From: Paraspadella gotoi
Lineage: Eukaryota > Animalia > Chaetognatha
Direction of reading: 5' to 3'
Length of the DNA stretch: 64,000 nt
NCBI GenBank assembly: GCA_051294375.1
Contig: CM119265.1
Span: 2,270,311 to 2,334,310, forward strand
The notes beneath the pieces are model-generated. The model did not search any database, was not told the DNA's origin, and saw only the letters and a program-made list of their open reading frames with translations. A program made the translations under genes and the position numbers. Shown one piece after another: positions 1 to 13,600 of the stretch. Each line of letters starts with the position of its first letter. The stretch's first letter is position 1.

Positions 1-1160
1 CTTATTTATTCCATGCTTAGAAACGCTTCTATCATTAATCAACAACTTTTGTTGTAATAGACAAAAGATCAACCCTAGTAAATAAGTCAGCTTTGATTCC
101 ACCATTTTAATCTATTTGTTACTTGAAACATCTAAAGGAGATCAATTAATGGAACAAGCTCATTAATCATTTATTATCGTTTAATGAATAACTCTTTTAT
201 TTATTGGTTTAATTAAGTTGATTATTAATTTGCTTTTATTGCATGTTTTGTTTGCATATAGATATTACTATAGCCCTAATGGAATATCTATATGCTTTGT
301 TATTTTATTAAGGTTATTTTAATTAACTAACCAAGCAAGTGTTGGTTATCTTCATTCAAGTCTCAAACTTTTAATTAACATTTAATTGACGTCAACTGCC
401 CCGCAAAACATCAGCGCCACTTTCCGCTCAACTTCCTGCAGACGGCATAGATGGCATTTCAGAAACCGTTGTACTCTCAATTCCGCTGAACACGCCTAAA
501 TGCGATAGCCCAACACCTGTAATGCAATCAGCCGAACACCCTGTAAGCGATCAGCTAACACTTTGTCGTTGAAATTTTGAAAAGAAATTCAGTCGAACGA
601 ATAAGCGAAGAAATAAAAATAGGAAGAAAGAGAATAGAGAAGAGAAATAGAAAAGTAGGAAGCGGGGGAGTGGATTAGCGAAAAGGGGGGTAATAATTTA
701 AATGTAATATTATTAAATTGAAAAAAAAGTTAAATTTGTAGCGGCCGCGCCGTCTAGCGGACGGATCATTTTGTTTAAACCAGCCTCAACTTTAAACTCA
801 TTTGCATATTAATTTTCTCATTTCATGAAAAAGCGGGTCCTTAAATGTCTGGTTACATCCAACCTTATTGTGGTTAGTCCTAAATAGTTAAGGGTAGAAT
901 TATAACGTTAGAGTTAGAATGAGAGATAAAAATCTCCGAAATAATCTTTTTGGGAATTCCGAATGGAGTGAGTTGGAAGAAATGATGCAGTAGGATGTGG
1001 GTTGTGGTGCGTATTAAAGTGGATGGAGGATGTGATTTTAAGGGTGGTGATGGAGACGGGGTATGTTCACCGGGAGTGAGTCCGTCCACGGGGTGAGATG
1101 GTGAGGAAATGAAGTCGGTGCGCAGGAGGGAATGAAATGTGAGAGAGAAGAGAGGAAGAG

Positions 1161-1202
<42 letters not shown>

Positions 1203-1628
1203 CTGAGGGAAGGAGGGGGGGGACGCAAGGCGTGAAAGTCCTGGGCCTGCCTGGCGTCTTAAAATGGCAAAAAATGGAATCAGGGCCAGACAGGCGTGAA
1301 AATGACAGGTGCTTGAAATGGCTAAAAGGGGAACAAAGCGAAGAAAACGAGATAATGTATAGAAAATGTTAATTCAATCATTCACTGCATTCAATTAATT
1401 TATTCATTCCTTTAAAACATTCACTCTATTCCATTCACTTAATTCAAGTCATCGTTAAATTCAATTCATTCCTCTTCAATTCATTGATTTTACTCATTCA
1501 TTCATTAATTCATAAAATTAAATAATTATTTATTTCATTTAATTCAATTTCATTAAATTAATTCAATTCCATTATACAATCATTCAGTACAATTCCAATT
1601 CATTCAATTCAATTCATTCATTCGATAG

Positions 1629-1836
1629 CAAATTTGGGTCTCGGAAGTATAAAGCAACCAATGGATTTCCCGTCAAACTTTCCGATGTCTTTTGCAATAA
1701 TTCATTCGCTTTTTCAATCATAATTCATTCATTCCAAAGTGGATCGTCAAAATTCTCGAATGGTTCATCTTTTAACCACAGGCGTCGCTGGTCGTGACCC
1801 CATCACAGAGGAGGTGTACGATAACATCATTCAGAG
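1629..1836 (+). CDS. Two putative internal exons (1629..1693, 1740..1836) of an unidentified gene
   Basis: Non-repetitive islands within (CATT)-rich sequence, with AG acceptors, a GC donor at 1694 and GTAGTG at 1837. The joined frame is open: KFGSRKYKATNGFPVKLSDVFLDRQNSRMVHLLTTGVAGRDPITEEVYDNIIQ. No family recognised. Confidence 0.4.
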
Positions 1837-2397
1837 GTAGTGAAATGTAAAACTAATCTGGTAATACCTGAGTTTAGATCGTGAATATTTTGTATTATAT
1901 AGTAATTTGATAAAGTGTTGAAAAATGACCCTTCGTGTGTTCCAATATAAGTATTTTGTAATAAGGATAATCTTTACTACCGAGGACAATAAATGAAAAT
2001 ATCTTTTGTTAATAAATGTCTCTTTTTATATGGAAGTTCAAAATTACTTCGTTTCCACTAACCTTTATTTTATATCTTTTTAGAATTTAAAATATAATTA
2101 ATTTTAAACTTAATCTGATTGAGGGTTCTAATTTTTTTAAGTAGATAAAAGATATTTATATAGTATTATATATTTTTTTAATCGCAACGTTTAGTCTTAC
2201 AGTTTTGACAGTTATCTTTTAAAACTTTTAAACCTTTTAAAACCATGTAATTTCAATACAATTTTATATTGTCAGGTAACGAGGAGACGATTATTCTTCA
2301 AGCGACAATTAAAAGCGGTTTCCACTGTGGTTCTGTCACAAGCAGACCTCGGCAGCAGCATTCGGCGGACTCCAAAGATTCTTGCAGAGAGAGAAGA

Positions 2398-2435
<38 letters not shown>

Positions 2436-3553
2436 GAGAGAGAGCGAGTGCTCGTTTGAACGAGAGGAGGACGAGGTTGAGACAAGGGAAAATTTTGGAA
2501 AAAGTGAAAGTGACAATAGGGGAACAAAACACGTGGAAAAATATAGAAAGAAAAATAAAGAAAAAATGGAAAAAAATAAAAAATAGAGAATAATAGATCG
2601 GCCACTGTAATACAGAACAAAAAAAGAGGAGAAAAAGGGAAAAAGGAAAACAAATGGCTAGTTTTTGAATAGAAAGAAGTAACCCGAGAAACAGAAAGAG
2701 CGGCCGAATGAAAAAATGGACACACTTGGGCATACAAGTTTGCATACTAGAACGAGAGGCTGACATACAAACAAGACAGCACACAAATACAACAAAAAGC
2801 GGCTATAATATTTGGCGCATAGAATTCTAGAAAAAAATATCCAGACCTAAAAAAATATACCATAAAGCGAGCAAGAAAATAAAATCATTGAGGACTAAAA
2901 TTATTTTAGAATTTAATTTTACCGAAAAATTAAAAAAAACGTAAAAAAGTCTACTTTTTTAAAACTTTTTACCAAAAAAATAACTGAGAGGAGAACGAAT
3001 TGCCCGGCGAATTAGAGTAAAAAAAAGAAAAAAAAGAAAGAAAGAAAGAAGAAAGAAAGAAAGAAAGAAAGAACGAAAAGAACAGAAAAAAGTTTTTCGT
3101 GCCCTCGGTTTTCCTGTCGGCGAGCGTTAATCAATTTGCATAATATAAATTCGATTTGGGTTTTCCGATTATTTTGGTTAGGGTAGTTTTTTTTTTTTTA
3201 TTATTTGGGAGTGGTTTTCGAAGGGTGGCTTTTGGGCTCAGTTAAAATACAACACCGGTTAGAAATTTTTAGTAGGTTCATCCAGTCGGAAATTAAATGA
3301 AAAAAGCTAAATCAAAGAACCGATTTTATTATTTTAAATAACATCCATTTAAGAGATATTAAAATTAAGTTGTTTTTGAACTGAAGAGAAAAAAAAAATT
3401 AGTAACGAAATGAAACAAAAAAAAAATGAAACATTTCGAAAAAATTCTAACAATCGATGATTCGCAAACAAAAAACCCAAACATCCTACCATGGATTAAA
3501 GATAAAGTCTCTCTCTCTCCCTCTCTCCTCCCTCTCTCTCTCTCTCTCTTTCT

Positions 3554-3593
<40 letters not shown>

Positions 3594-3725
3594 GTTTTAA
3601 AAGAGAGAGAAGAATTATATGCCGGCGATTTGGAGCGAGAGAGAGAGAGAGAGAAAGGGAGAGAAAGCACGAAAAGTTTCACAGAGTTCACAGCCAGCGG
3701 TTCACAACAACATTCTTTCACTTTC

Positions 3726-3784
<59 letters not shown>

Positions 3785-5068
3785 AAATTTCTGTTAAATT
3801 GCGTTAGCGGGACAACGGATTTACCCGGAGAATAACTTCCCAACAAAAACCCCAGACGACCTTTATTTTTTTTTCCCTCTTCTTTCATCCAAGTAATAAT
3901 ATATTTCACTTTTATTAAGCTAAAAATATTCGAGTAATAAAAATCCGTCGTCTTTACGAATTAGTCAGGAAATGTTTATTAAGGCGAATTTTAAATCGGG
4001 GATAAGGGCGTCGGGTATCAGATTCGGGATTTCTTTTTTAAAAATGTTTGTTTAGATAATAAACTAGCAAATTTAGACGCGTTTTTAGAGAAATTACTAA
4101 AAATAGAGGAAATACTTTAAAAACAGTCATTACTACAGTCAACTAGGAGTTATGTACAGTAAAATAACCGTTGAATAGTTAAAACTACTTAGGACCCAAT
4201 ATTCGGTTCACTCTAGAAATATTTTATGATTTATTATTTATTCAAATCATCTTTCGTGACTGCATATCGTACAAACGGGATATCAGTTCGCGCACAATGC
4301 GCTCAGAATCGTCACAAGTCCAAGAAAAGTCTCAGTGCAGACAGAGATAACTCGAACGAACGGAAAAGTCGGATCCGGTCGAAAAAAAAAATGCGGGCAG
4401 AAATAATGCGGGATCTCTTATTTCTGATCGGACTACAGGAATGCGGGCGACCGGGATCTCTGATCGCGCACCAGGAATGCGGTCGGGTGAAAGAATGCAG
4501 GCGTGGTAGAAAACGCGTGGCGTCGCGTAGCATTGGGTGTCGGGGCACGCTAGTGCGTAGCACGTCAATGCATATCGCTAAGGATCAGTGAGTATCACTG
4601 AGTGTAAGTGCACGCCGGTGTCAATGCGTGTCAGCATGTATCATTGAGTGTCAATGTAGGTTAGTGTGAATCACTGGAGTTCACTGCAACTAATCACGGA
4701 CGGAAAATGTGACTGCGTCACAAAATATCGCCGCGCCTCCGTTTCGTGAAATTTATCGTTCAACTTTAGGTGATGAGTCAATCAATTTCTTATCCAAATT
4801 TCATGTCAAATTATTGTACTTACCCCAAAGTTATTAGGAAATGATCCAAACTTTTTGAGAAATGACGAGGTTTTGAAAAATCCGACTCTTCGCTGCATTT
4901 ACAGATTTCCGTGAACCGGCAGAGCAGGAAAGAGAAGAGAGATTGAGAGAGAGAGAGAGAGAGAGAGATAGAGAGAGAGAGATGAGCCGGGTTCACTTGG
5001 ATCCAAGGAAGAGCAAATGATGCGAAAATCAATTGTGAGCAGGAATGAGTGAGGAAGTTCTCTCTCTT

Positions 5069-5117
<49 letters not shown>

Positions 5118-5856
5118 TTCTCTCTCTCTCTTCCCTCTCTTCTCTCTTCTCTCTCTCTTCCTACCATTCCCTCTTTCTTGCTGAACGCCAAGGACGATTC
5201 GCCCTGCGTGGTCGAATAGTTCCTCCTTCAGATTCGTCTGTTAAGAATAATTGCTATTATTGAATTAATACATTACTAAAAATTATCATCTGCAAATTAC
5301 ACAACTAAAAAAATTTTTTAAAAATCACTATTTACCCTTCGCCCTTCTGATTCCTCACGGCACTCCGGCAAACGGAAGAGAGAGAGAGAGAGCGAGAGAG
5401 AGAGAGGAGAGAGAGGAGAGAGAGGAGCAGAGAGATTAGAGAGAGAGAGAGAGAANNNNNNNNNNNNNNNNNNNNNNNNNTCGAAGGAACTATTCGACCA
5501 CGAGGGCGATCGTCCTTGGGCGTCAGCAAGAAAAGAGGGAAAATGGTAGGAAGAGAGAGAGAGAGAGAGANNNNNNNNNNNNNNNNNNNNNNNNNNNNNN
5601 NNNNNNNNNNNNNNNNNNNNNNNNNNNNNNNNNNNNNNNNNNNNNNNNNNNNNNNNNNNNNNNNNNNNNNNNNNNNNNNNNNNNNNNNNNNNNNNNNNNN
5701 NNNNNNNNNNNNNNNNNNNNNNNNNNNNNNNNNNNNNNNNNNNNNNNNNNNNNNNNNNNNNNNNNNNNNNNNNNNNNNNNNNNNNNNNNNNNNNNNNNNN
5801 NNNNNNNNNNNNNNNNNNNNNNNNNNNNNNNNNNNNNNNNNNNNNNNNNNNNNNNN

Positions 5857-5888
<32 letters not shown>

Positions 5889-6594
5889 AAGAAGAAGCCT
5901 AAATAGTATTCGAAGGGGAGAAGGAAGAGAAGCTCCTTTCAGTTTCTTTATGTCTGAGGAGCAGCAACAGATGAGGAGGAGGAGCAGGAGGAGGAGGAGG
6001 AGTACAGGCAGGAGCGACTAGGATTGAGGGGGTAAGGAGCAAGATGTATAGGAGCAGGAAAAGACAGGAAGTAAAGCAGAGCAAAGCAATTAGAATTTGT
6101 AGGAGCAACAGAGTGAAGAGAGAGAAGAGGAAGAGAACGGATAATTTGAAGGGAAAGAGGAAGAGGAGAAAGGAGGAAGAGGATGAAGAGGAAGAGGAGG
6201 CGGAAGTTGATTTACACCCCCCCTCGGAAGGCAGGGGGGAGTGAGAAAAAGTTAAATATAAAAAAGTATGAAGGAAAAAAAATAAAACAAAAGATATTTT
6301 GTTTTCGTTTGGCTTTAAAAAATCTACCTATTAACATACCATTCATATCATTAATGATGACTTTCTATCGTTTAATAAATTATATTTATTTATATTTGAT
6401 GACAAATACTCACGTGAAGCTCAGTTTTTAAAAACAAATACGTACTTTTTAATTCGATAACATAAGTCAACTTAATTTCTATTAATTTAATCTTTAGGGG
6501 ATAGAATTTCGTAGAATTGAAAGTCGCTTTTGAGAAAACGTTACTGGTGAAGAGACAGTGATATTTTTTATGTGTTAGTGACAGAACCGTTCAA

Positions 6595-6750
6595 TATAAG
6601 CAGTCCCTGAGCTTCGGATCTGGCTGTAACACCATGTTACAGGCGGGTTAAGCGCCCCGTTCCTCTTAACTGCCAGACGACCACCGGGCTAGAACCCCGG
6701 ACCTTTGGGTTAGGAGGCGAATGACTTGCCTCCGGCACCAATGGCCGCTG
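6595..6750 (-). mobile_element. tRNA-derived SINE-like element
   Basis: The minus strand has a tRNA-like head GGCCATTGGTGCCGGAGG...CCGGGGTTCTAGCCCGG with A-box-like and B-box-like motifs at tRNA spacing, followed by a non-tRNA body. Confidence 0.55.
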
Positions 6751-7260
6751 ATGAACGGTTGGTGGATTTTAGTCCACCATACTGGTGACATTTCATATTG
6801 CAAAAATCACAATGCACTAGCATTTGGCGGTAGCATTTGACGGCAATTTATTTGGGAATGAAAAACTTGAAATATAAAATATTTAGAAGCAAACGAATCT
6901 TTTTAAAAAATATGAAAAAAATGACTAGATGATAAGTGGCAAGAAAAATTTTTGGACTCATTGACCCGTAAAACAGCTCTGTCTCTGTCTCTCTCTCTCT
7001 CTTCCTTTTCGTCATAATCAGTGAGGAAGGTTTTTTTATCTTTTCACGAGAGAAAAAATGAGGGAGAGAGAAGATAGAAAGAAAGTAAAAGGAAAAGAAA
7101 AGAGAAAGAAAAAGGAAGAGAAAAAAAGGAAGAGAGGGAGAAAGACAGAAAAAAAAGAGAAAGAAAAAGAAAAACAGAGAGAAAGAAAGAAAGAAAAATA
7201 TAAAGAAAGGAAAAATGAAAGAAAAAGAGAATGATTAAAGAAATAAAGAGATAAAGAAAA

Positions 7261-7356
<96 letters not shown>

Positions 7357-7701
7357 GGTCGACTTAGGTTTTTCTTGAGAAGATGAAATTGACAGGATGA
7401 AGAGGAGGAGGAGGAAGAGGAAGAGGAGGAGGAGGAAGAGGAGGAGGAAGAAGAGGAGGCTTTGACTTTTGAAACTTAAAATTTTGAAGAAATTTTTTTG
7501 TCGAATGGAAACTGAGATTATGAGAGTAAGAAGACGCAAGAATGGGGAGAAATTTATTAAAGTGATTTATGTTCACTTAATATTAATTATACAGAATTTA
7601 TTTTGAATAGATTAATTATACAGAATTTTAACAGAAATGATATTTAATTTTAAATTATTACCTAGTTTAAAATTGCTTCTTTCTTATTTTTTGTTTTCTT
7701 C

Positions 7702-7762
<61 letters not shown>

Positions 7763-7945
7763 AGTTCATTTGTTCTTGTATCGGGTTTGTTATCGTTAGT
7801 GCTACCAATCACCGCTCACGGCGCTGCCGCATCGCGTTACCAGATCCGCCTCCCAAATTTGAACAAAAGGCCAGCCGCATTCTTTCTCTCTCGCTCTCTC
7901 TCTGCTCGGGGAAAAAGCTTTCACGAATGCCGGCGAGCGCGCGCG

Positions 7946-8004
<59 letters not shown>

Positions 8005-8644
8005 GTGCAAAGCAGTAAAGCGTCTTTTGTTTCTCGGTTGAATAGAAACAAAAAGTGTTACTCTCTTTTCTCGTGCAACCACTTTCGCCATTTTCTCCTC
8101 CTCTTCCTCCTCCTCTTCCTCCTCCTTCGTCACCATATGTCAATATCCATTGGGTCTTTTTTTTTCACCTCAGCTCCAAGTAGCAGCAAAGAGATGCAGG
8201 GAGTTGGCGGGAACGAGGCTGCGCGCGCGAAAGTGGTGCACGAGGGATGCGCATTCAAAGAGGAACATTCCGCACTCAAAGACATACACTTGCGTTTAGT
8301 GCGTACTAACTTGGTTTCCCAAAACATGACAGATAAAAACCCAAGGGGAAACTTAAGTTTAAAAAATAGAGCTAATGCTTTAGTAAAAACATAGGCCTTA
8401 TTTTTTTTCCAAAACGGAAATACAGGGGTGGAACCCTATATCGAGACAAAATTAAAAAAAATCATTACTCTAAAGCTCTTAATGATTTTTAAAATCTGAA
8501 TAAATATTCGTACAGTACTATATCTTAGCTTTTAGGCTTTTTATTGGAGCTGGAGTTTGAAAAAACTATAGGATGGAGCCGGAGTTGGAGCTGAAAATTC
8601 TTTTTGGCCGGAGGTGGAGCCGGACAATAAATGGCTCAACAACT

Positions 8645-9097
8645 AATAATTAGTAATTATTATTATTTAATAATTAGATTATTAAATGGCGTTTAGGGCT
8701 TTGGACCTGCAAGGACCCCCCGCGTCAGTGGGGTGGTTATACCGGCACCACCACAGGAGCGTAACCGTGAGGGGATTGAATCTATATCACGATGGGTGAA
8801 CGAGTACTTAGCTGTCCAAGCCAATGGGGCGATGACAGTTTCTCCAAGCTATAAGGGAGGCAAACTTGTAGATAAGGCGCTAAGTGGGCTGAAGTTGACT
8901 ATCCGTAACTTCTATAACCCCCTTTAGTAGCTATGGAACGGCGCCTAGGCTTGAACCGAGGCTTTGAGGTGACGCCACACCCCCCGAGCGCTATCAGTAC
9001 TCTCACGTTCCCGCAGGGTAGGTACCGGGTTGGATTGAACCCGGTACCTTGTGGTCATGAGCTGATGGCTTACTCAATGCAGCCATCGGGTCAGGAC
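8645..9097 (-). mobile_element. tRNA-derived SINE-like element, ~450 bp, with (TAA)-rich tail
   Basis: Head GACCCGATGGCTGCATTGAG...CTCATGA...CCGGGTTCAATCC (A/B boxes), a second B-box-like GGTTCAAGCC near 8950, a GC-richer body, and a TAATAA-type tail at ~8645..8685. Confidence 0.6.
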
Positions 9098-9482
9098 TAG
9101 GTGTCATGTTTATAGGCGGGGTGAACCTAGGCAATGCCTGATTACAAACTGAGGATTCGCCACTTTATTTTTAAAATCTTTTTACAAACAGCACTGATTT
9201 TAGGACCAAAGTTTTAATCAGGAAAATGAATGTTTTAGAACAAAATCTTCGGTTTTCGCGATACAAACTAATACATGGACGAATTCATAACAAATTATTC
9301 AATTTACAACAGTTGGAAATCTTTAAGATTTATTCCTAAATGGAACTCAAAATAAAGCAACCAGCAAAATCTATGTTAATTAATAATCCCTACATACATT
9401 AAAATTTTCTTGCAAATATTCTAAAAAATATTATGCGTCTTGATGCAATAGTAACACGAACCGCATTTAAACTTTTCTATTC

Positions 9483-9798
9483 GACATTAAACCAAAAGGG
9501 GACTAAGACATTAAACCAAAAGNNNNNNNNNNNNNNNNNNNNNNNNNNNNNNNNNNNNNNNNNNNNNNNNNNNNNNNNNNNNNNNNNNNNNNNNNNNNNN
9601 NNNNNNNNNNNNNNNNNNNNNNNNNNNNNNNNNNNNNNNNNNNNNNNNNNNNNNNNNNNNNNNNNNNNNNNNNNNNNNNNNNNNNNNNNNNNNNNNNNNN
9701 NNNNNNNNNNNNNNNNNNNNNNNNNNNNNNNNAAAGGGGACTAAGACATTAAACCAAAAGGGGACTAAGACCCTAAACCAAAAGGGGACTAAGACATT
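9483..9798. repeat. 24-bp minisatellite spanning a gap
   Basis: GACATTAAACCAAAAGGGGACTAA repeated on both sides of the N run. Confidence 0.85.
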
Positions 9799-10509
9799 GG
9801 TTTATTTTAAATCAAAATCATTACGGAACAAAGAAAAAGAGTAAAAACTATTCTCAATTAAAAATGACTTAACATCGTCAAACATTTTACTTTTAAAATT
9901 AACAAGGATCATAAAAGAGAATTTTTTTCGCCGTCTAACTGTACACCATTTAACCATTTACTTTTAACGGTTATCGGAACTCTAGTTGCAATGCTCGACT
10001 AAGATTTTGCATAATCTCTGTAATTATACATGAAAAACTATCTCGAAAATAAAATATAGTATTCTCATATATATAATATATTCTCATAATATATATTTTA
10101 ACAAGAAATTCACAACTTTAAAAAATAAAGTAAGTCTCCTTCACGAAAAGGTCGCCAATAGATTATGAGGCCAGAAAGATTTCTCGAATCTGTCGCGCAG
10201 AAATCTGGGAAATATAGGGGAATACGGGAAGAGAATTTCTCGTAAATGAGAATGTAAAAGGAAGAATCGGAAGATGCTCCTTTGTTGGTGATTCTCTTAG
10301 AAAAGTGAATTGAGAGGAACTAATGGCGACGTCAAGCGATGAGTTAAATTTAAAAACAAAAAACCTTAGCTTATGTTTTTTTAAAAATTTTTTTTTTTTT
10401 ATCAAAATCTAACTTTCGTAATTGATAAATATTAAAATCGTCTCTAGTGTGTTCCACTTAATAAAACAATTGTAATGACTGAGAGTAATTGTAATTTGAT
10501 TGGTTTTAC

Positions 10510-10635
10510 CGCGCGATCAGTGGCCTTGCTTACTTGGATTTCGTCGGGAGGTTTTGCCGTTGGTTTAATCCGTCCGTCACCCTTTCTGCAACGGCCGTTC
10601 CGAGCAGGGCTAGAACCCGGGACGATTGGTTGCGA
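10510..10635 (-). mobile_element. Truncated SINE-like fragment
   Basis: Shares the B-box variant GGGTTCTAGCCC with the 6595..6750 element. No clear A box. Confidence 0.35.
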
Positions 10636-13600
10636 AGAAGAACAACAACGACGGCAACAACATTCATGGCTTCGGGGTCTTCCCCTTTTTTAACTTCGTA
10701 ATAAAAATCCGTAAAGAAAAGACATTGAAGACGGCGAACCTCGCAACACCGCCGACGACGACGACGGACGCCCGAGCTGCAGACTCGACAACACGCGAAA
10801 AGCGACGAACACACACCTGCAAAACACACCACCTAAGTCATTTACTACCCGGCAGCACCGCCATACCAGCAGGCCATTTAAACATCAACCGCAGCAACGC
10901 AAACAGCCTGCCAAGCCTGCGAGCCTGCTGCCAGCCAACCGTGTGAAGACCGACAGCCTCACCAAAAACCAGCGCCTTCCAGGACACTAAAAAAAAAAAA
11001 ACTCAAAAAAACAAAAAACAAAACATAATAATAAACTACGTCAGCCCCCGCCTCCCTCGGTTCAAGTAACAGGACTATGCATATACACAGGGCACGCGAG
11101 CACATAAAGAGAAGGCTCCAACAAGAGCCCGCCAATAGTAACGAGCAGCAGAAAAGCCGTGTGAGTGCACAACTACTGGTAAAAGGTTTAGGGTAAAGAA
11201 GGGAAGAAAAAGAACGAAAAGCTATGTACAATATCTGCCGTGCACAAAGTAGATTATGCGCAAACCGGCATATTCTACCTTGGAAAGGCTAATCCGAAAA
11301 CGTCAGAATTAGGATCATTGCCTGCAAATACTTCTTTTATGTGTGTTCGCTGTTGCCCTGTAGCATCCTGATGGCGACGATTTGTCTGCCGTTGCGGCAT
11401 GAGTTTGGAAATTTAGGCGGGAGCAAATCTCCTCGATTAAAGCCATGTAACAACAGTCCGAAATTTAAGGCAATAACGCACAATAACTCAATGGATATCA
11501 GTGATGTAGAATCTAATGAACCTCGCCTCAAAGGCAATACTGTTCAAGATATTCGGACGAAACAATACACGCAGCTAAGGTTCGTAATCCGATTTGTCAG
11601 TCGGTACGATTACGATGCATATTACGACTTAGAGTGAAAGGGGGGAGGACGGAATGGGAAAAAAAAAATTGAAAGGAGGAAAAAAAAAAAAACTAAAACA
11701 GCGGATTTCAAACAAACGGACTAAACGGACCGTTTTTATCCATTTCTGATACTCTGTATCATTATTAATTTATCATAATTGTTCTCCTTGTATCTCATTG
11801 GCTCCAAACGACTATATTACGCATATTTATCCTCGCATCACTGTCGGTCACTTTTTCAACACCGTTTGGCACAACTTACACAAAACAGGATATGACACAA
11901 TGTACAGCAAGCATCGTAGTCAATCTCTTGCAATAGTGATTCCGTCTTTATTCTTTAAGTTTATTGGATATTCCTAAGAAAGACGGCTCCAGCTGATAGC
12001 AGTCACTATAGATATTGAGTTATTAATTTTAACAAATGAGCACTTAAACCTCGATAGGCGAGTTAAGTTATGAGCACTTATTTCATAACCGCAAAGATAG
12101 TGGACAGCGACGGAACAGAACCCATACCGACCCGACCACCAGACCGACGCGACAGACCATTACCGACCGACAGCGACCCGAACGAAGAAAAGTGACCTGA
12201 TAGCATTTCAGTTCTCCGCGAGTATTCGACGGAGAACATCCGACGAGATCGCAAATAAAATCTCAGCAGCTGGAAGCAAACTCCAAGGTCCCGAACTAAG
12301 GTCGACAAAGAACCGACACCGGAAAGCTTGACGCATTCCCGACAAGCCACCAGAAATGTCCAATCGCCAACTCTCGAAAGCCGACACGACTCTCGGCAAG
12401 CGAACGTACATCTCGAAATTCCGACCACGACATTCTCGATACCAGCCGAACGACATTTAACGAAGCACGATCATACAAAAAAAAAGAAACAAATAACGAC
12501 AAAAGAAAAGCTCGCACATGAAAATCTCCGAAGCCGGACACCCGAAACAATCTCGAAGATACAACGAACAATACGACAAAACTTACTTGCCAAAGAGCGA
12601 ATGATCACTCTGAACCATGCAACCTAGCGCAGCAAGACTACGTACTGCATCTAAAATTTAAATAGATTACGCGAACCACGTAGGAACGCGCCACACGAGG
12701 GGAAAATAAGAGCAGTTTATAGTTCGGGACCTGGTCATAAGGACGGACACTCCACAGGCACTTGATATAGGGACAAACAAATAATAAACACGAAGATGCT
12801 GAATGATCATAGAGGCCGACATCGGAAGCCGGACATAAGATAAGTAGTATACGGAGTCAGAATGATCGTGTCTCCCGCACTCTGAAACCGCCGGACGGTC
12901 AAACCAAGATGCACGAGCCAATTTTCGTGCGGAATTGAAAACCAGATCGTGAGACCTTATGCCGGAACAACGAGCCAGATTTTCCGTGATGTTGTGTACG
13001 AAAGAAAAAAAGAGCACCGAAATCAAAAAATTAAGAAATAAAATGCATACTAATCATACTTTACAGCAGGCCGACACGCCTGTGCGGGAATAAACCCTCG
13101 TGAAGCACTTGAGAAACAGCCAGCATAATCCAGTAATCTTTTCCTAATCCAAGGGTTACGTCACTTATTTTATATGCGAACTCTCTTGATCTCTAGTAAA
13201 ATACATACACGACATTGTAAATAAAGTTAGGTTAATAGATTGGACAAAGGAAAGATGCTATGACAGGAATTGGAAATCTAATTGTAAATAGATAAGTGAA
13301 CTCAAATGAGGCAAAATGGGCGCAATTAAAATACTAATTGCTGTACAAAATAATGATTGACACATATTAAAATCTTGAGAATTAAAGTTATTCAATGCGT
13401 ACAGTTTTTAGACGGCATCCTTATATTTTAAGATCAGGTCTCCCATTGGGTGTTTATTAACAAGGGGATGTGAGGTTGCCGTAAACCCAAACCATATAGA
13501 ATGAAACAATAGAGATGTTTAAGATTATAAGATGGGTAATAAGATCTTTTAAGCTCGCCCGCCATGTCTCCAACATAAGGCGGTTTTAGAATAGGAAAAA

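Noticed and set aside
9020-9097. tRNA-Met gene
   Set aside because: It has a CAT loop and A/B boxes, but the acceptor and anticodon stems pair poorly and it continues into a SINE-like body and tail.
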